IMG/VR virus record: IMGVR_UViG_3300008111_000027 | Location: 62,001-125,300 of that record | From: an uncultured virus (IMG/VR IMGVR_UViG_3300008111_000027) | Taxonomy: Duplodnaviria; Heunggongvirae; Uroviricota; Caudoviricetes | DNA length: 63,300 nucleotides | Reading direction: 5' to 3' (one strand) | Shown here: piece by piece, positions 22,066 through 32,791 of the stretch | Numbering within the stretch: position 1 is the first letter of the stretch | Layout of the letters: each line of letters starts with the position of its first letter | Notes under the pieces: model-generated | Seen by the model: the letters and a program-made list of their open reading frames with translations, nothing else | What the model was told of the DNA's origin: nothing | The model's database searches: none | Made by a program: the position numbers and the translations under genes

Positions 22066-23439
22066 ATGTCGTACTATCGCTCATATTTTTCAAAGAACAA
22101 TACTATCATAGAAAATAGTAGGGTCAACACCGCAAAAAATCCAACAACTGAGATTTATTATGGGGATGGGTTTTCCAGATTCATATTTAAAGTTGATTTT
22201 ACAGATTTACAAAGTAAAATATCTAATGGTGATTTAGTTATCACCACAGGAACTACTCATCATCTTAAAATGACTAACACGGTCGTTGGTGACCCTAAAT
22301 TAATAGGGGACAGTAAATCTAACGGAAAAGACCGTGCAACTTCTTTTGATTTAATATTATTTTCTATACCACAATCTTGGGATGAGGGTGTTGGATACGA
22401 TTACGAATTCACAACATATGACGATAGTTTAGGAAACAAATTGTACGATACAAGACCATCTAATTGGTACGACAGGACAACCACTTCAGGATGGACGTAT
22501 CCGGGTATTTATACAGGTGCAACCGTCTTAAGTACAATCCATTTTAATAATGGTAATGAAGACATTGACGTTGATATCACGAATTATGTAAATGGTATTA
22601 TTGTATCAGGAAACACCGACCACGGATTGGGTTTAGCATTTACATCAGCTTACGAAACAATCACGACTGGTGAAACACAACAATCTGTTGCATTCTTCTC
22701 AAAATATACACAAACTTTTTTTGAACCATTTGTTGAATCAACTTTTGATGATAGAATTGATGATAACCGACACAATTTTATAGAAGAGAGGTACAATAAC
22801 CTTTATTTGTATGTAACAAAAGGTTCTAATTATTACAATTTAACAAGCAACCCAACCGTTGACATTCTCAACTCAAGTAGTACCCCAATTTCAGGTCTCA
22901 CAGGTCTTACAACAACAAGAGTTAGAAAAGGGGTATACAAAGTTAGATTTGGATTGACAGGACAACTATGTGACGGTAAAAGATTTTTCTATGATAAATG
23001 GAAAGGACTATCAGTTGACGGTATATCCGTAAGTGACGTTACTCAAAAATTTGTACCAAAACCATACACATCAGGATATAGTATTGGTACGAACCCAACT
23101 GAAACTCAAAACTACAAAATTCAGTTCTCAGGCATAAAACAGAACGAAAAAATAATAAGAGGTGAATTAAAGAAAATTGTACTTTATCTCAAATCTATTG
23201 AACAGTCAAAAACAATATTGTTTGATGAAGTTTATTACCGAATCTTTATAAAAGAAGGTAAAACAAATGTAATTGTTTACGATTGGACAAAGGTTGATGT
23301 GACAAACGAAAACTCTTTCTATTTGGATACATCCTACATGATTCCAAGAGAATACTTTATGGAGTTTAAATCCAAGACATATACTGAGGAAATATTTTAC
23401 AATGACTACGTGAAGTTTGAAATATTATCAGAGATTTAA
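22066..23439 (+). CDS. virion structural protein
   Basis: late-promoter motif upstream; W.EG.GYD, DITNYV, GLGLAF, FFSKYT. Confidence 0.55.
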   Translation: MSYYRSYFSKNNTIIENSRVNTAKNPTTEIYYGDGFSRFIFKVDFTDLQSKISNGDLVITTGTTHHLKMTNTVVGDPKLIGDSKSNGKDRATSFDLILFSIPQSWDEGVGYDYEFTTYDDSLGNKLYDTRPSNWYDRTTTSGWTYPGIYTGATVLSTIHFNNGNEDIDVDITNYVNGIIVSGNTDHGLGLAFTSAYETITTGETQQSVAFFSKYTQTFFEPFVESTFDDRIDDNRHNFIEERYNNLYLYVTKGSNYYNLTSNPTVDILNSSSTPISGLTGLTTTRVRKGVYKVRFGLTGQLCDGKRFFYDKWKGLSVDGISVSDVTQKFVPKPYTSGYSIGTNPTETQNYKIQFSGIKQNEKIIRGELKKIVLYLKSIEQSKTILFDEVYYRIFIKEGKTNVIVYDWTKVDVTNENSFYLDTSYMIPREYFMEFKSKTYTEEIFYNDYVKFEILSEI

Positions 23440-23453
23440 AAATATTTATAACT

Positions 23454-23885
23454 ATGGATAATTTAGATAATTTAATCAAAAACCAACTTGATAGTTTCAA
23501 AGATGGTAATATCACTGAAAACTATATGTTTTTCAGTAACTTAAAACAATTACATAGACAGTGTCAAATGTTGTTGGAATTAGACCCATCTGTGGTTGAA
23601 TCTATTATACAAAATGGTCACGATTGGGCTGACGACCATGTCGCAGTTGCAAAAGAAAATATTGACCAAGTTTTTGATTTTATGATGAACACAACCAAAG
23701 AATCAATAAACGAGGCAAAATCAAACAAATTATGTGCAAGAGGTGTATCGGCCGCTAAATCAAAATTTAAAGTTTATCCAAGTGCATACGCAAATGGATA
23801 CGCTGTTCAAGTTTGTAAAGGTAAAATAAAAGGTCTCGACGGAAAGAAAAAATGTTCTGGCTCATATTGTTCAGGTAAAAAATAA
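23454..23885 (+). CDS. hypothetical protein
   Basis: ORF; AK.KF.VYPSAYANG motif. Confidence 0.7.
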   Translation: MDNLDNLIKNQLDSFKDGNITENYMFFSNLKQLHRQCQMLLELDPSVVESIIQNGHDWADDHVAVAKENIDQVFDFMMNTTKESINEAKSNKLCARGVSAAKSKFKVYPSAYANGYAVQVCKGKIKGLDGKKKCSGSYCSGKK

Positions 23886-24913
23886 TGGATAAAAAAATCG
23901 TTTGTGAATGTGGTTGGAATTGGTCTCTATCTGATGGTGGAGATGACCCATATACATGTCATAAATGTGGTCATGATAATACAGATAAGTACACAATGAA
24001 GATTTATATTAGTGAAGAAGATTTATCTTATGTAAATGAATCTATTGAATCTGGTGAGGTGATAAAAGAAGATTTATCCAGATGGTTCAAAGAAAAATGG
24101 GTCGATGTTTCCCGTAAGATTGATGGTAAACATCCACCTTGTGGTAGAAAATCTGCCAACGGTGAAGAAGGTAGAAAGGGTTACCCAAAATGTAGGCCAC
24201 AAAAAAAGGTTTCAAAAGAAACTCCAAAAATAGCTTCCTCATATAGTAAAAAAGAAAAAAAATCTATGACTTCTCAAAAGAGAAGGGCAGAAAAAAAAGA
24301 GCCCAAAATTGGTAAAGGTAATAAACCGACAATGACAAGATTTGATGAAAATATGGAAAACAATATTAAATTGGATTTATCTTTGATACGAGAATCAATT
24401 CAATATCCAAAATTGATTACTGAAAATGTGGAAATTTCAAACGCTTTGAAGTATCATGTTACTTCAAAAAAATCATTATTAGAAAATGTGTACAAATTAG
24501 GTACCGATAGTTTTTTTCAATTATTAGAAGAATGTAAAGAATTATATCTGAGTGGTTATATAGATTTATCAGATGAAGAAATTACATTCATTTACGAAAA
24601 CGAATATGGTCCAATTGAAGAAACTAATTATGAAGTCATTAACGTTTTAAACGAGGCGGAATACCAAGGAAGAAAGGTAGAACTTGGTAAAATTATGCAA
24701 GGTGATATAAAGAAATTTAAAGTTTACGTTAAAAACGATAAAGGAAAGGTTGTTAAAGTAAACTTTGGATTTGGTGGCAAATCCGCTAAGGGTAAAGTAA
24801 TGAGAATTAAAAAAAATAATCCCGAAAGAAGAAAATCATTTAGAGCCAGACACAATTGTAATAATCCTGGACCAAGATGGAAAGCGAGATATTGGGCTTG
24901 TAAAACTTGGTAA
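23885..24913 (+). CDS. multi-module hypothetical protein
   Basis: N-terminal CxC/CxxC, L.RWFKEKWVD module, AEYQGRKV...ARYWAC module. Confidence 0.7.
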   Translation: MDKKIVCECGWNWSLSDGGDDPYTCHKCGHDNTDKYTMKIYISEEDLSYVNESIESGEVIKEDLSRWFKEKWVDVSRKIDGKHPPCGRKSANGEEGRKGYPKCRPQKKVSKETPKIASSYSKKEKKSMTSQKRRAEKKEPKIGKGNKPTMTRFDENMENNIKLDLSLIRESIQYPKLITENVEISNALKYHVTSKKSLLENVYKLGTDSFFQLLEECKELYLSGYIDLSDEEITFIYENEYGPIEETNYEVINVLNEAEYQGRKVELGKIMQGDIKKFKVYVKNDKGKVVKVNFGFGGKSAKGKVMRIKKNNPERRKSFRARHNCNNPGPRWKARYWACKTW

Positions 24914-25354
24914 TTAATAATAATTAACAACAACCCCACATTCGAGGAGAAGTTGGAGTGATTTCTTTTGAGACTCTTCCCACTTTTCCTTATTTTTTGT
25001 GGTACACACCTCTTTACAGTAAACAGTTTTAATCCCACTATTTACTATACCTCTAGCACAGTCCATACAAGGTATTCCTGAAGTTAAATAAATTTTCGAA
25101 TTCTTCAAAGATACCCCTATTCTCGCTGCATTATAAATCGCGTTACGTTCAGCATGTTCAAACCAAAAGTACTTTTCAGGTCTTTCCTGACGTTCTTGTT
25201 TTGTGTCATCTAAACCTCTCGGAAAGGAATTATAACCCGTAGAAAGTACCTCATTATCCAATCCAACAACTACCGCACCTATTTGTGTGGATTCGTCTTT
25301 AGATTTTAATTTTACCTGTTCAGCAATGTTTAAGAAATAATCTGTCCAATTCAT
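24914..25354 (-). CDS. dCMP deaminase
   Basis: SKD, GYN, HAERNAI, PCMDC. Confidence 0.92.
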   Translation of the reverse strand: MNWTDYFLNIAEQVKLKSKDESTQIGAVVVGLDNEVLSTGYNSFPRGLDDTKQERQERPEKYFWFEHAERNAIYNAARIGVSLKNSKIYLTSGIPCMDCARGIVNSGIKTVYCKEVCTTKNKEKWEESQKKSLQLLLECGVVVNYY

Positions 25355-25704
25355 ATTAATTTTTGGTTTGAAATAAAATGTACTCTGTTATCGTAATATA
25401 ATCTAAGATTTTCAGCGAGACCCTTTTCTACTAATTTACCCATCTCTCTACAATTATCTGAATCACCAATATCAATACCAACAATAAATTTACCGTCAGG
25501 TGCCTTTTGATATGTGACAGGTCTAATGTACTTACCTTGGTCGTCCATGGTAAGATGTTTAACCATCTCATCTTTTGTTTGTTTACACTCAATATTCCTA
25601 CTTTCTATCAAACCTTTTAATACATCCAATCTTAATTTTTCATAATCAAACGGTTCGTTGGAATTGATGGTTTTTTGTATATCTTTTTTTGATATTTTTC
25701 CCAT
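25351..25704 (-). CDS. hypothetical protein
   Basis: ORF; probable start MGKISKK. Confidence 0.6.
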   Translation of the reverse strand: MGKISKKDIQKTINSNEPFDYEKLRLDVLKGLIESRNIECKQTKDEMVKHLTMDDQGKYIRPVTYQKAPDGKFIVGIDIGDSDNCREMGKLVEKGLAENLRLYYDNRVHFISNQKLI

Positions 25705-25734
25705 ATTACAAATATACGTAAAAAACACCGCAAT

Positions 25735-25761
25735 AAAAAAGGGGGACTAATGTCCCCCTTT
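25735..25761. terminator. intrinsic terminator downstream of the capsid gene
   Basis: AAAAAA-GGGGGAC TAAT GTCCCCC-TTT. Confidence 0.8.
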
Positions 25762-25782
25762 CTATTATGAGATTTTTTAAAA

Positions 25783-26214
25783 TTATCTCAAGGTGTCAAG
25801 ACTGAATGTAGACAAACCACTTACGTTTACCACACCAAAGTAACGGTTGTTAACCATTTTCTTAGCGTATCTGGTCATGATACCTTTGATTGGTGTAAAG
25901 TTGAATGGATTGTACATTGTAGGTGTCAATTGTAATGGAACGTATGGTGCGTAGATGTAACCAGCGTCCAACAATGATTTACCTTTGTGTCCAATGATGA
26001 TTTTACCTGCTGGTAAATACGGGTCTCTGAACACTTGGTAACGACCTGCTAATGAACCGATTTTCTCGATACCCATGTTGTATTGGTCTTGCTCAGGATT
26101 TGCGTTTGAAACGTGGAAGTATTCCAAGTCATCAAATACTGCAGATACCTCAGAAGATACAACAATCCAGTTAGCTCCACCTCTTAAGGTAGTTTTGTGG
26201 ATTTGAGCTGAGAT
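25783..26214 (-). CDS. major capsid protein, C-terminal part (frameshifted from the upstream part)
   Basis: ISAQIHKTTLRGGANWIVVS...DAGYIYAPYVPL...GIMTRYA, gp23-type C-terminus. Confidence 0.85.
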   Translation of the reverse strand: MSAQIHKTTLRGGANWIVVSSEVSAVFDDLEYFHVSNANPEQDQYNMGIEKIGSLAGRYQVFRDPYLPAGKIIIGHKGKSLLDAGYIYAPYVPLQLTPTMYNPFNFTPIKGIMTRYAKKMVNNRYFGVVNVSGLSTFSLDTLR

Positions 26215-28670
26215 TCGAATGATGAACCGTTGTTACCGTATCTCCATTCGTTGTAGTCCCACTTAGCTGTCCAAGCCGCACCTTTACGAAGGTCACGAAG
26301 GATTTCACGGTCGATTTCTGCTGCGATTTGCTCAGACAATAAAGCTGTCAATTCGGCTTCAGCATCGATGTTGTGGAATGCACTTACGTCTTGTGCCAAT
26401 TCAGGAGACCAGCTAGCTCTCAACTTTCTTTCAGTTACAGAAACTGTTACTGACTCAAGGTCGAAAGATACTTCACCGATTTCTTCTTCGAATTCTAATG
26501 AACTATATTCTCTCCAACTTACCTTAATGTCAGTTGATGCTAATGATGTATTAGCGGCAACTGTATAGTTTGTGAAACCTGTTGTTGTACCGTTATACTT
26601 TTGTAAGTCGATAGATAAGTAGATAACTCCTTCGGCGTCACAAATGTTAGCATATTTACCTGTTCTACCACTGTCTTTAGAACCGTACTCAACGATACCT
26701 TTACCGTATTTTTGAGTTACTACGTTAAAAGGAATGTTAGCAGCTACTGTAGCACCTAAGTGACTATACAATGAACTATCAAGACCTGATAGGGTATAAA
26801 CAGTTAATGATGCTAAGAACTCTTCAGTATCCATAACATGACCGTTAGGACCCGCAAGTTTACCAGCACCTTCGTAAGTTGTGAAACCTGTAATTTTAGC
26901 AATCACACTTGATACTGAGGTACCTGAAGCGATAGCTGATTGAGTTGAAGCAACACCGTTACTGAAAGTAACAAATTCAGATGTTACACCAGTAATTGTT
27001 GTGTAAGCACCTTTTGAGTAGTCAAACAAACCAGAATCAACTGAATCATCAGCTTCGTAGAAACGGTCATACAAGTTGTTACCAGTGTAACCGGCAGCTG
27101 GGTCAGTTTCAGAAGAAGGGAAACCGTATGGTTGACGGTGTGCACCTCCTGCAGTTCTGTCTTGGATTTTAGGTACGAAGTAGAACAATTTACCGATAGG
27201 TAAGTTCATTGCTTGTACAGATACGATGTCGTTCGCTAACAATTTAGAGAAAACACGACGGATGATAGGGAATACTACAGTTTCAAATGAACCTGAAGCA
27301 TCAGCCACAGCCGATTCGTTGATTAGGTATGAAGCTTGGTTTTCATACAATTGTGCGATGTTGTCTTTTTGGTGACCGTTAAGACCCTCAAGGAATCCTA
27401 AGTCGTCCCATTTTTTGATGGTATCTTCTGTCATTAAATCTTTCATTCTCTTGAATTGTGGATTCTCATATGCTTTTGATTCCGACAATACTTTTGAAGA
27501 AGAAGATGTTTGTGACGTTGTTATTTTATCAACCACTGATTCAGTTACAGGTTTTTTAGTATCTAATTCAGTTTTTATAGAACTATATAAGTTCTTAGAC
27601 TCTTTCAAGGTTGAAATTGAATCGAATCTTTTTAAGATGTTTAACTTCTCTTGTTTGGTGGTTGAGTGTTCAGTAAACAAACGAGTAGCGTAAGCTAAGT
27701 TGGCGTTAAATACAGCAACCTCATTTAACTTTTCTTTGAATAATACAAGAGCTTTCTTATACTCATCATTTTGTTTTCTAAGTTTGCTAACTTCTTCGTT
27801 GATTTCTTCTCTTTTATTACCGGCCTTAAATACATTTTTACTTTTAAGACCTCCATGGTAACCGTAACCTTTAGTACGAGCAGATTCTTCAACATCACCT
27901 TCTACAGGCTCATCACCTTCGTAAGTCTCGTCGACATATTCTTCAAGTGATTCATCTCCCATATTAGGGTCTTCATCACTCATCATGTCTTCATCAACAT
28001 CATCAAGTTCGATTTCGTAAACAGTTTCTTCAGTGTCATCCATCATTTCTTCCAATTCTTCATTTGAATATTCAGACTCATCACCCTCTTCTAAATCTTT
28101 ATCAGAGTGGTCTTCGTCGTGACCTTCATAGTAATCATCTTCAGACATCATGGTTTCATCCAAATCTTCCTCACCTAACTTAATGATATACTCATCATCA
28201 CCATCAGACAATTCAATGTGGTCATCATCTTTCTTAACGATTACACCATCCTCAGGACTCATTGCTTTGAAAACCTTTAAAATTTCGTCTTCATCGGCGT
28301 TGGTCATATCAACCACGTCATCACCCATATCGCCAAAGTCGTTCATGTTACCCATGTCGCCAAAGTCGTCATCAGATGAATCTTTTGAGTCGATGCCCTT
28401 AGATAGTTCGTCAGATGAATCATCATCTTCGTCCGATTTATCATCCCCTGTGTTATCGTCAGCATCAGCTGATACATCGTCTGCGGGGTCTTCTTCAGGA
28501 TTAGGTTGTTCTTTAACAACTTCTTCCTCATCTTCCATTGATTCTTTCAACAAATCGCCGATTTCTTGCTTCATAGTTGAAGCAAGTATACCTTTTGCGT
28601 TTGCCTTTACTGCCTCTTCAAGAGTCTGTACTTGAAGTAATGCTTGTTCTAGAATGGATTTTTCGCTCAT
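26184..28670 (-). CDS. prohead scaffold protein fused in frame to N-terminal/central major capsid protein (gp23-like)
   Basis: acidic coiled-coil first half, then KWD..GFL, LYENQ, IIRRVF, VSVQAM..P, RKLRASWSPELAQD...H.IDAEAEL. Confidence 0.85.
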   Translation of the reverse strand: MSEKSILEQALLQVQTLEEAVKANAKGILASTMKQEIGDLLKESMEDEEEVVKEQPNPEEDPADDVSADADDNTGDDKSDEDDDSSDELSKGIDSKDSSDDDFGDMGNMNDFGDMGDDVVDMTNADEDEILKVFKAMSPEDGVIVKKDDDHIELSDGDDEYIIKLGEEDLDETMMSEDDYYEGHDEDHSDKDLEEGDESEYSNEELEEMMDDTEETVYEIELDDVDEDMMSDEDPNMGDESLEEYVDETYEGDEPVEGDVEESARTKGYGYHGGLKSKNVFKAGNKREEINEEVSKLRKQNDEYKKALVLFKEKLNEVAVFNANLAYATRLFTEHSTTKQEKLNILKRFDSISTLKESKNLYSSIKTELDTKKPVTESVVDKITTSQTSSSSKVLSESKAYENPQFKRMKDLMTEDTIKKWDDLGFLEGLNGHQKDNIAQLYENQASYLINESAVADASGSFETVVFPIIRRVFSKLLANDIVSVQAMNLPIGKLFYFVPKIQDRTAGGAHRQPYGFPSSETDPAAGYTGNNLYDRFYEADDSVDSGLFDYSKGAYTTITGVTSEFVTFSNGVASTQSAIASGTSVSSVIAKITGFTTYEGAGKLAGPNGHVMDTEEFLASLTVYTLSGLDSSLYSHLGATVAANIPFNVVTQKYGKGIVEYGSKDSGRTGKYANICDAEGVIYLSIDLQKYNGTTTGFTNYTVAANTSLASTDIKVSWREYSSLEFEEEIGEVSFDLESVTVSVTERKLRASWSPELAQDVSAFHNIDAEAELTALLSEQIAAEIDREILRDLRKGAAWTAKWDYNEWRYGNNGSSFESQLKSTKLP

Positions 28671-28750
28671 TTTATTAAATATATTTACCTATAAATATGC
28701 TGATAATGTAAAAAAATACTGATTATAGTATGATAACCAATAATAAATTA

Positions 28751-29434
28751 TTATTTACCTAAATAACTATCCAACTTAGACATTAGATTTTTCATTCTAT
28801 TTGCGTCTGTTGGGTTTTCTTGAATTGATTCTTGGTATTGGTCCCTGTCTTTTAAATCGGAGAATACATAGGCACCTGGTGTACTTGGGGATGACACCAA
28901 ATCAAAACAAACTAATTCAAAATCTTCTTGAACAATGTTTTGACCTTTAATATTTTTTAAGGAACCAACACCTCTTGATGATATACCAAGTGTTGCACCA
29001 TTCATTAATAACATGGCGGCTTGGTCGCCTTTAGTACTAACAATACCCATTTTTTTCCAAGCGGGAGATGTGAACAATTTGATTTTACCCATTAGGATTT
29101 TACCATCCCACCAAGTTTCTAAAATTGAATGTGAAACTCTATCTAAATCTATTAGGGAAGAAGTTGGGTGATTTAATTCATTTAACGCACTACCCTTCTT
29201 TATAAGAGATTGATATTTTTCATTCTCTCTCTTAAGAATACTTTCAGGGTAGATTCTACCGTTTTTATTCGGTGTATCGTATTTTTGTAAAACAGCGTAA
29301 AGAACTACATCCTGAGAGTAGTCCACGTCTTTCATTTCAGAAATAATTTTCTGATTTTCTTTTGGTGATATATAACCAGCGTCGTATTCTATTAATATAC
29401 CTTTACCGGTTTCATTTGGGCCGAGTATTTTCAT
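28751..29434 (-). CDS. prohead maturation protease (gp21-like)
   Basis: NKNGRIYP, ELNHP, GISSRGVGS, FDLVSSPS. Confidence 0.92.
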   Translation of the reverse strand: MKILGPNETGKGILIEYDAGYISPKENQKIISEMKDVDYSQDVVLYAVLQKYDTPNKNGRIYPESILKRENEKYQSLIKKGSALNELNHPTSSLIDLDRVSHSILETWWDGKILMGKIKLFTSPAWKKMGIVSTKGDQAAMLLMNGATLGISSRGVGSLKNIKGQNIVQEDFELVCFDLVSSPSTPGAYVFSDLKDRDQYQESIQENPTDANRMKNLMSKLDSYLGK

Positions 29435-29469
29435 CCAACTTTTTTATAATAAATACCCCGAATACTGAA

Positions 29470-29895
29470 TTAATTCTTTTTTTCAAAGAAATTAAATAAA
29501 GTTTCGTCTGTCAGAACGGTATCTACTATAGATTCTGATAAGTTGGTGATAATACTTTTAACCTCTTTAGAACGCACATCAAAAAATTTATCAACGTACA
29601 AGGTAATTTCAAGGTCCATAAAAGACCTTTTGTTTGTCTTTATACCACTAGTTTTAATATCCAAGTCAACAATTGATTCTTTTTTGAATAAATCAGAATT
29701 TAAAGAATATACTTTTTCTTTTATCTGTCTTCTTGTTTTTGAAATCAATTTTTCAAAATCGTGGTCATTTATTAGTGGTTGAGTCCATGAGTTTAATTGG
29801 ACGTAGATTGTTTTTAAGTTCTTATAATCAACCGTACCGTATCCAATTTTTACATTATTGTGTACACCGATTGAAATAAACTTTCCTTTTTTCAT
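29470..29895 (-). CDS. hypothetical protein
   Basis: ORF in head module. Confidence 0.7.
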   Translation of the reverse strand: MKKGKFISIGVHNNVKIGYGTVDYKNLKTIYVQLNSWTQPLINDHDFEKLISKTRRQIKEKVYSLNSDLFKKESIVDLDIKTSGIKTNKRSFMDLEITLYVDKFFDVRSKEVKSIITNLSESIVDTVLTDETLFNFFEKKN

Positions 29896-29992
29896 TTAAT
29901 AATATCATACTTATATATTTTATGGTGTATTTAAAATATACAAAATAAACTTAACAAATCAAAACTTTTCATTTATATTTCAAAAAAAGATT

Positions 29993-30193
29993 ATGATAAT
30001 AGTAAACGTCAGTAAAGAAAAGAACCTTGAATCTGCATTAAAAAAATACAAATACAAGGTTCAGAAAACTAAACAAACCGAAAAACTTAGAGAAAAACAA
30101 GAATACACTAAACCATCGGTTGAAAGAAGGGGTAAAAAATTAAAGGCGATTTATAAGCAACAATTGTTTACCGACGAAGAAAAATCAAATTAA
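29993..30193 (+). CDS. rpsU: ribosomal protein bS21
   Basis: I.V....NLESALKKYK.KV......LRE...YTKPSVERR, 66 aa, basic. Confidence 0.88.
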   Translation: MIIVNVSKEKNLESALKKYKYKVQKTKQTEKLREKQEYTKPSVERRGKKLKAIYKQQLFTDEEKSN

Positions 30194-30925
30194 ACCGTTC
30201 TTTAATTCAATTAATTTATAGTAATTGAATTTTGAAATTTCCGATTTTTCCACTTCCGATTTTACATTCGTAAGTTTACTAACTACAGAATCTTCAGTAG
30301 ATTCTTTTAAGAGTGAATCTAATTTGTTATTGAGTTCTTTTTTAACAGAGTTCATTTCACTAATCAACTCCTCGTTAGTCATTGATACAATCTTATTAAA
30401 AGTTTCTTTTTGTTCCTCATTTAAAAAATCACCATACTTAATATTGAAATTATTTACCAATACCGTATTCAATAAAGAATGGTTTTCAATTTGAACTGAA
30501 GGTTTTTCAAAAACCTCTTTTTTCTTTTCTTTAATTAAATGAGACATTAAGTTTTCTCTAGCGTCAATCTTAGACGCGATATTGTGCATATTAGTCTCTT
30601 CTGAAAGAACATCCAAATCATTATAAAGTGAATTTGATTCCACCACAACGTCTTTGAGTGATTTACCAAACTCCTTCATTTCTTTTTTCAAAGATTTTGT
30701 TTTTTCAATCAAAATAGGTTCAATAGATTCCACATATAATTTGGCTTTATCTTTTGATGAAATGTTTAAGTTTTCAATATTTTCATAAAACATATACATT
30801 TCAGATAAAGATTTATTTGATTTTAGTTTATTTACTAAATCTTTAATTTCACCTTTATTATTTGAGGTGTAAGATTCGGTAAGTTTTGTTAACAGTTTTG
30901 TTTTTAATTCACCAAAGTTTGTCAT
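30185..30925 (-). CDS. hypothetical protein
   Basis: ORF downstream of portal. Confidence 0.7.
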   Translation of the reverse strand: MTNFGELKTKLLTKLTESYTSNNKGEIKDLVNKLKSNKSLSEMYMFYENIENLNISSKDKAKLYVESIEPILIEKTKSLKKEMKEFGKSLKDVVVESNSLYNDLDVLSEETNMHNIASKIDARENLMSHLIKEKKKEVFEKPSVQIENHSLLNTVLVNNFNIKYGDFLNEEQKETFNKIVSMTNEELISEMNSVKKELNNKLDSLLKESTEDSVVSKLTNVKSEVEKSEISKFNYYKLIELKNGLI

Positions 30926-30930
30926 TTTTA

Positions 30931-32739
30931 TTATTCGTTTAAGAAGTCTTTTAGTTTATTTTCTATTTCATAAATATTCTGTTGAGCTCTATTCATATCA
31001 AATAAATCTTCCAATTTATTGTTTTCACTCAACATACTTAAAATATTATGTTTTTTTGTTTCGTTTTCGCTTAATGGAGCTTCCCCTCCACCGGCTGGTG
31101 GCGGAGGTGGTGGTGCACCCGCACCCATATCCATTCCACCAGCTTCACCACCGGCAGTTTCACCACCCTCTTGTCTTTCTTCTTCAGGAACACCATATTT
31201 GGAATCAACATCATCAAATACACCACTTCGTTTAATAACGTTTTGTGTATTTGTCAATTCAAATCCAATTGCTCTTTCAATTCTTTGTTGTTGTAAATCA
31301 AGAATTACTTCACTATCACTCATACCAAGAATATTTTTCTTAGCCCAAGTATGTGAAACAGGAAGAATACCAATCTGAGATTGGTCTGAAGTTGCGTCTT
31401 TATATAGTGTAATTTTTTCTTTCCATTGTTCAATTCTTAATAAGTCAGACTGTGCCGACGGATTAGTTAAAGACAATGTAAAATTATCCAACTCATCTTC
31501 TAATCCAAGTAAATAAAGGTGTATTAGTGCAATTTTATTTAATTCTTGAATAATTGATTTTTGAATTCTATTAATTGTTCTCGCAAAACGTATATCCATT
31601 AACGCGAGAGTTTTACCATCACCTACAACCTCTTCAAACCCTAAGAAAGCTTTTGGTATACGAAGAGCCGCTAACATTTTCTTTTGGATATATTCAATAT
31701 CCGCAATCTCACCTAAGTTCTGTGCTCCCGCTAATGTTTCAATCGGGTTTGTTTGAGCAGGGTCACGAACAGGAATAAAATAATCTTGGTCAACCGCCAT
31801 TTGGTTATACCTCATATCAACCTGGCCGTTTCTTGAATCAACAATTTGGTCTCTTTTAAATTTATTTGCCACACGTTGAACATAAGCTTCGATATCTTTA
31901 TCGTCCATGTTTCCAACAAATATTTTAAAGACTCTTCTTTCAGGTGCTCTTGTTGTTCTGTAAATCAACATAGCGTCTTCAGCTAAAAGTAACTGTTTCC
32001 AAATCCTTCTGATTTTATCTAACATAGATGTACCATAAGGAAGTTTTCTATCATCACCTAATAACCTAAAATGTGCAATTTCCCAAGCTTGAAATTCTAA
32101 ATCTTTGTTCTTCCATTGGAATCTCAATTCCCTTGTAGGAAGTTGCATTGTGTTTTGTTGATTAGAAGTTTTACTCTCTTTTCCTTCGTGTCTTTCTATT
32201 TCAATATTTGGTAATTGTTGACACCCAATTATACCTCTTTCGGGGTCTATTTTAAGGTAAACAAAATTATCACCATATTTACAAACACCTCTTGTCCACA
32301 TCTGTAGATTGGTATTCAAATCCAATCTATTCATAAACAAATCTTCAAGAATGGATTTAATTCTTGTCGATTCTGAAAAAATAGTTAATATTTCACCCTT
32401 TTCTGATAGTGTTGTTGATTCTTCCGCATAAATGTCTAACGCTGCTGAAATTTCAGGAGTAAACTCCATTGATTCATAATCGTAGTAAGCTGATATCCTA
32501 TTTGGTTCATAGTATACAGATTGATTATAAAGAGATTGGTCAAGTTTTGTCCACTTATCCGCAACGTACTGGCTCTGTTGAGCTTGTAACATCGCCTTTT
32601 CGTATTCCTCTCTACTACTTGTTTTTAAAATTTGTTCTTTGTCAAAATTGAAAGACGGAGCTTCTTCAGGAGTTACCTTACCAGGAAACCCAAACATTTT
32701 TGTCAATCTCTGAAATACCGTCAAATTACTTTCCGCCAT
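30931..32739 (-). CDS. portal protein (gp20-like)
   Basis: PEISAALDI, EDAMLIYR..RAPERRVF, DYFIP.R, TL.GAQNL, L.IP. Confidence 0.93.
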   Translation of the reverse strand: MAESNLTVFQRLTKMFGFPGKVTPEEAPSFNFDKEQILKTSSREEYEKAMLQAQQSQYVADKWTKLDQSLYNQSVYYEPNRISAYYDYESMEFTPEISAALDIYAEESTTLSEKGEILTIFSESTRIKSILEDLFMNRLDLNTNLQMWTRGVCKYGDNFVYLKIDPERGIIGCQQLPNIEIERHEGKESKTSNQQNTMQLPTRELRFQWKNKDLEFQAWEIAHFRLLGDDRKLPYGTSMLDKIRRIWKQLLLAEDAMLIYRTTRAPERRVFKIFVGNMDDKDIEAYVQRVANKFKRDQIVDSRNGQVDMRYNQMAVDQDYFIPVRDPAQTNPIETLAGAQNLGEIADIEYIQKKMLAALRIPKAFLGFEEVVGDGKTLALMDIRFARTINRIQKSIIQELNKIALIHLYLLGLEDELDNFTLSLTNPSAQSDLLRIEQWKEKITLYKDATSDQSQIGILPVSHTWAKKNILGMSDSEVILDLQQQRIERAIGFELTNTQNVIKRSGVFDDVDSKYGVPEEERQEGGETAGGEAGGMDMGAGAPPPPPPAGGGEAPLSENETKKHNILSMLSENNKLEDLFDMNRAQQNIYEIENKLKDFLNE

Positions 32740-32791
32740 GTATATAAATAGTTTAAGAGAATATAATTAATTTTATTTTTATAATAAAGGA

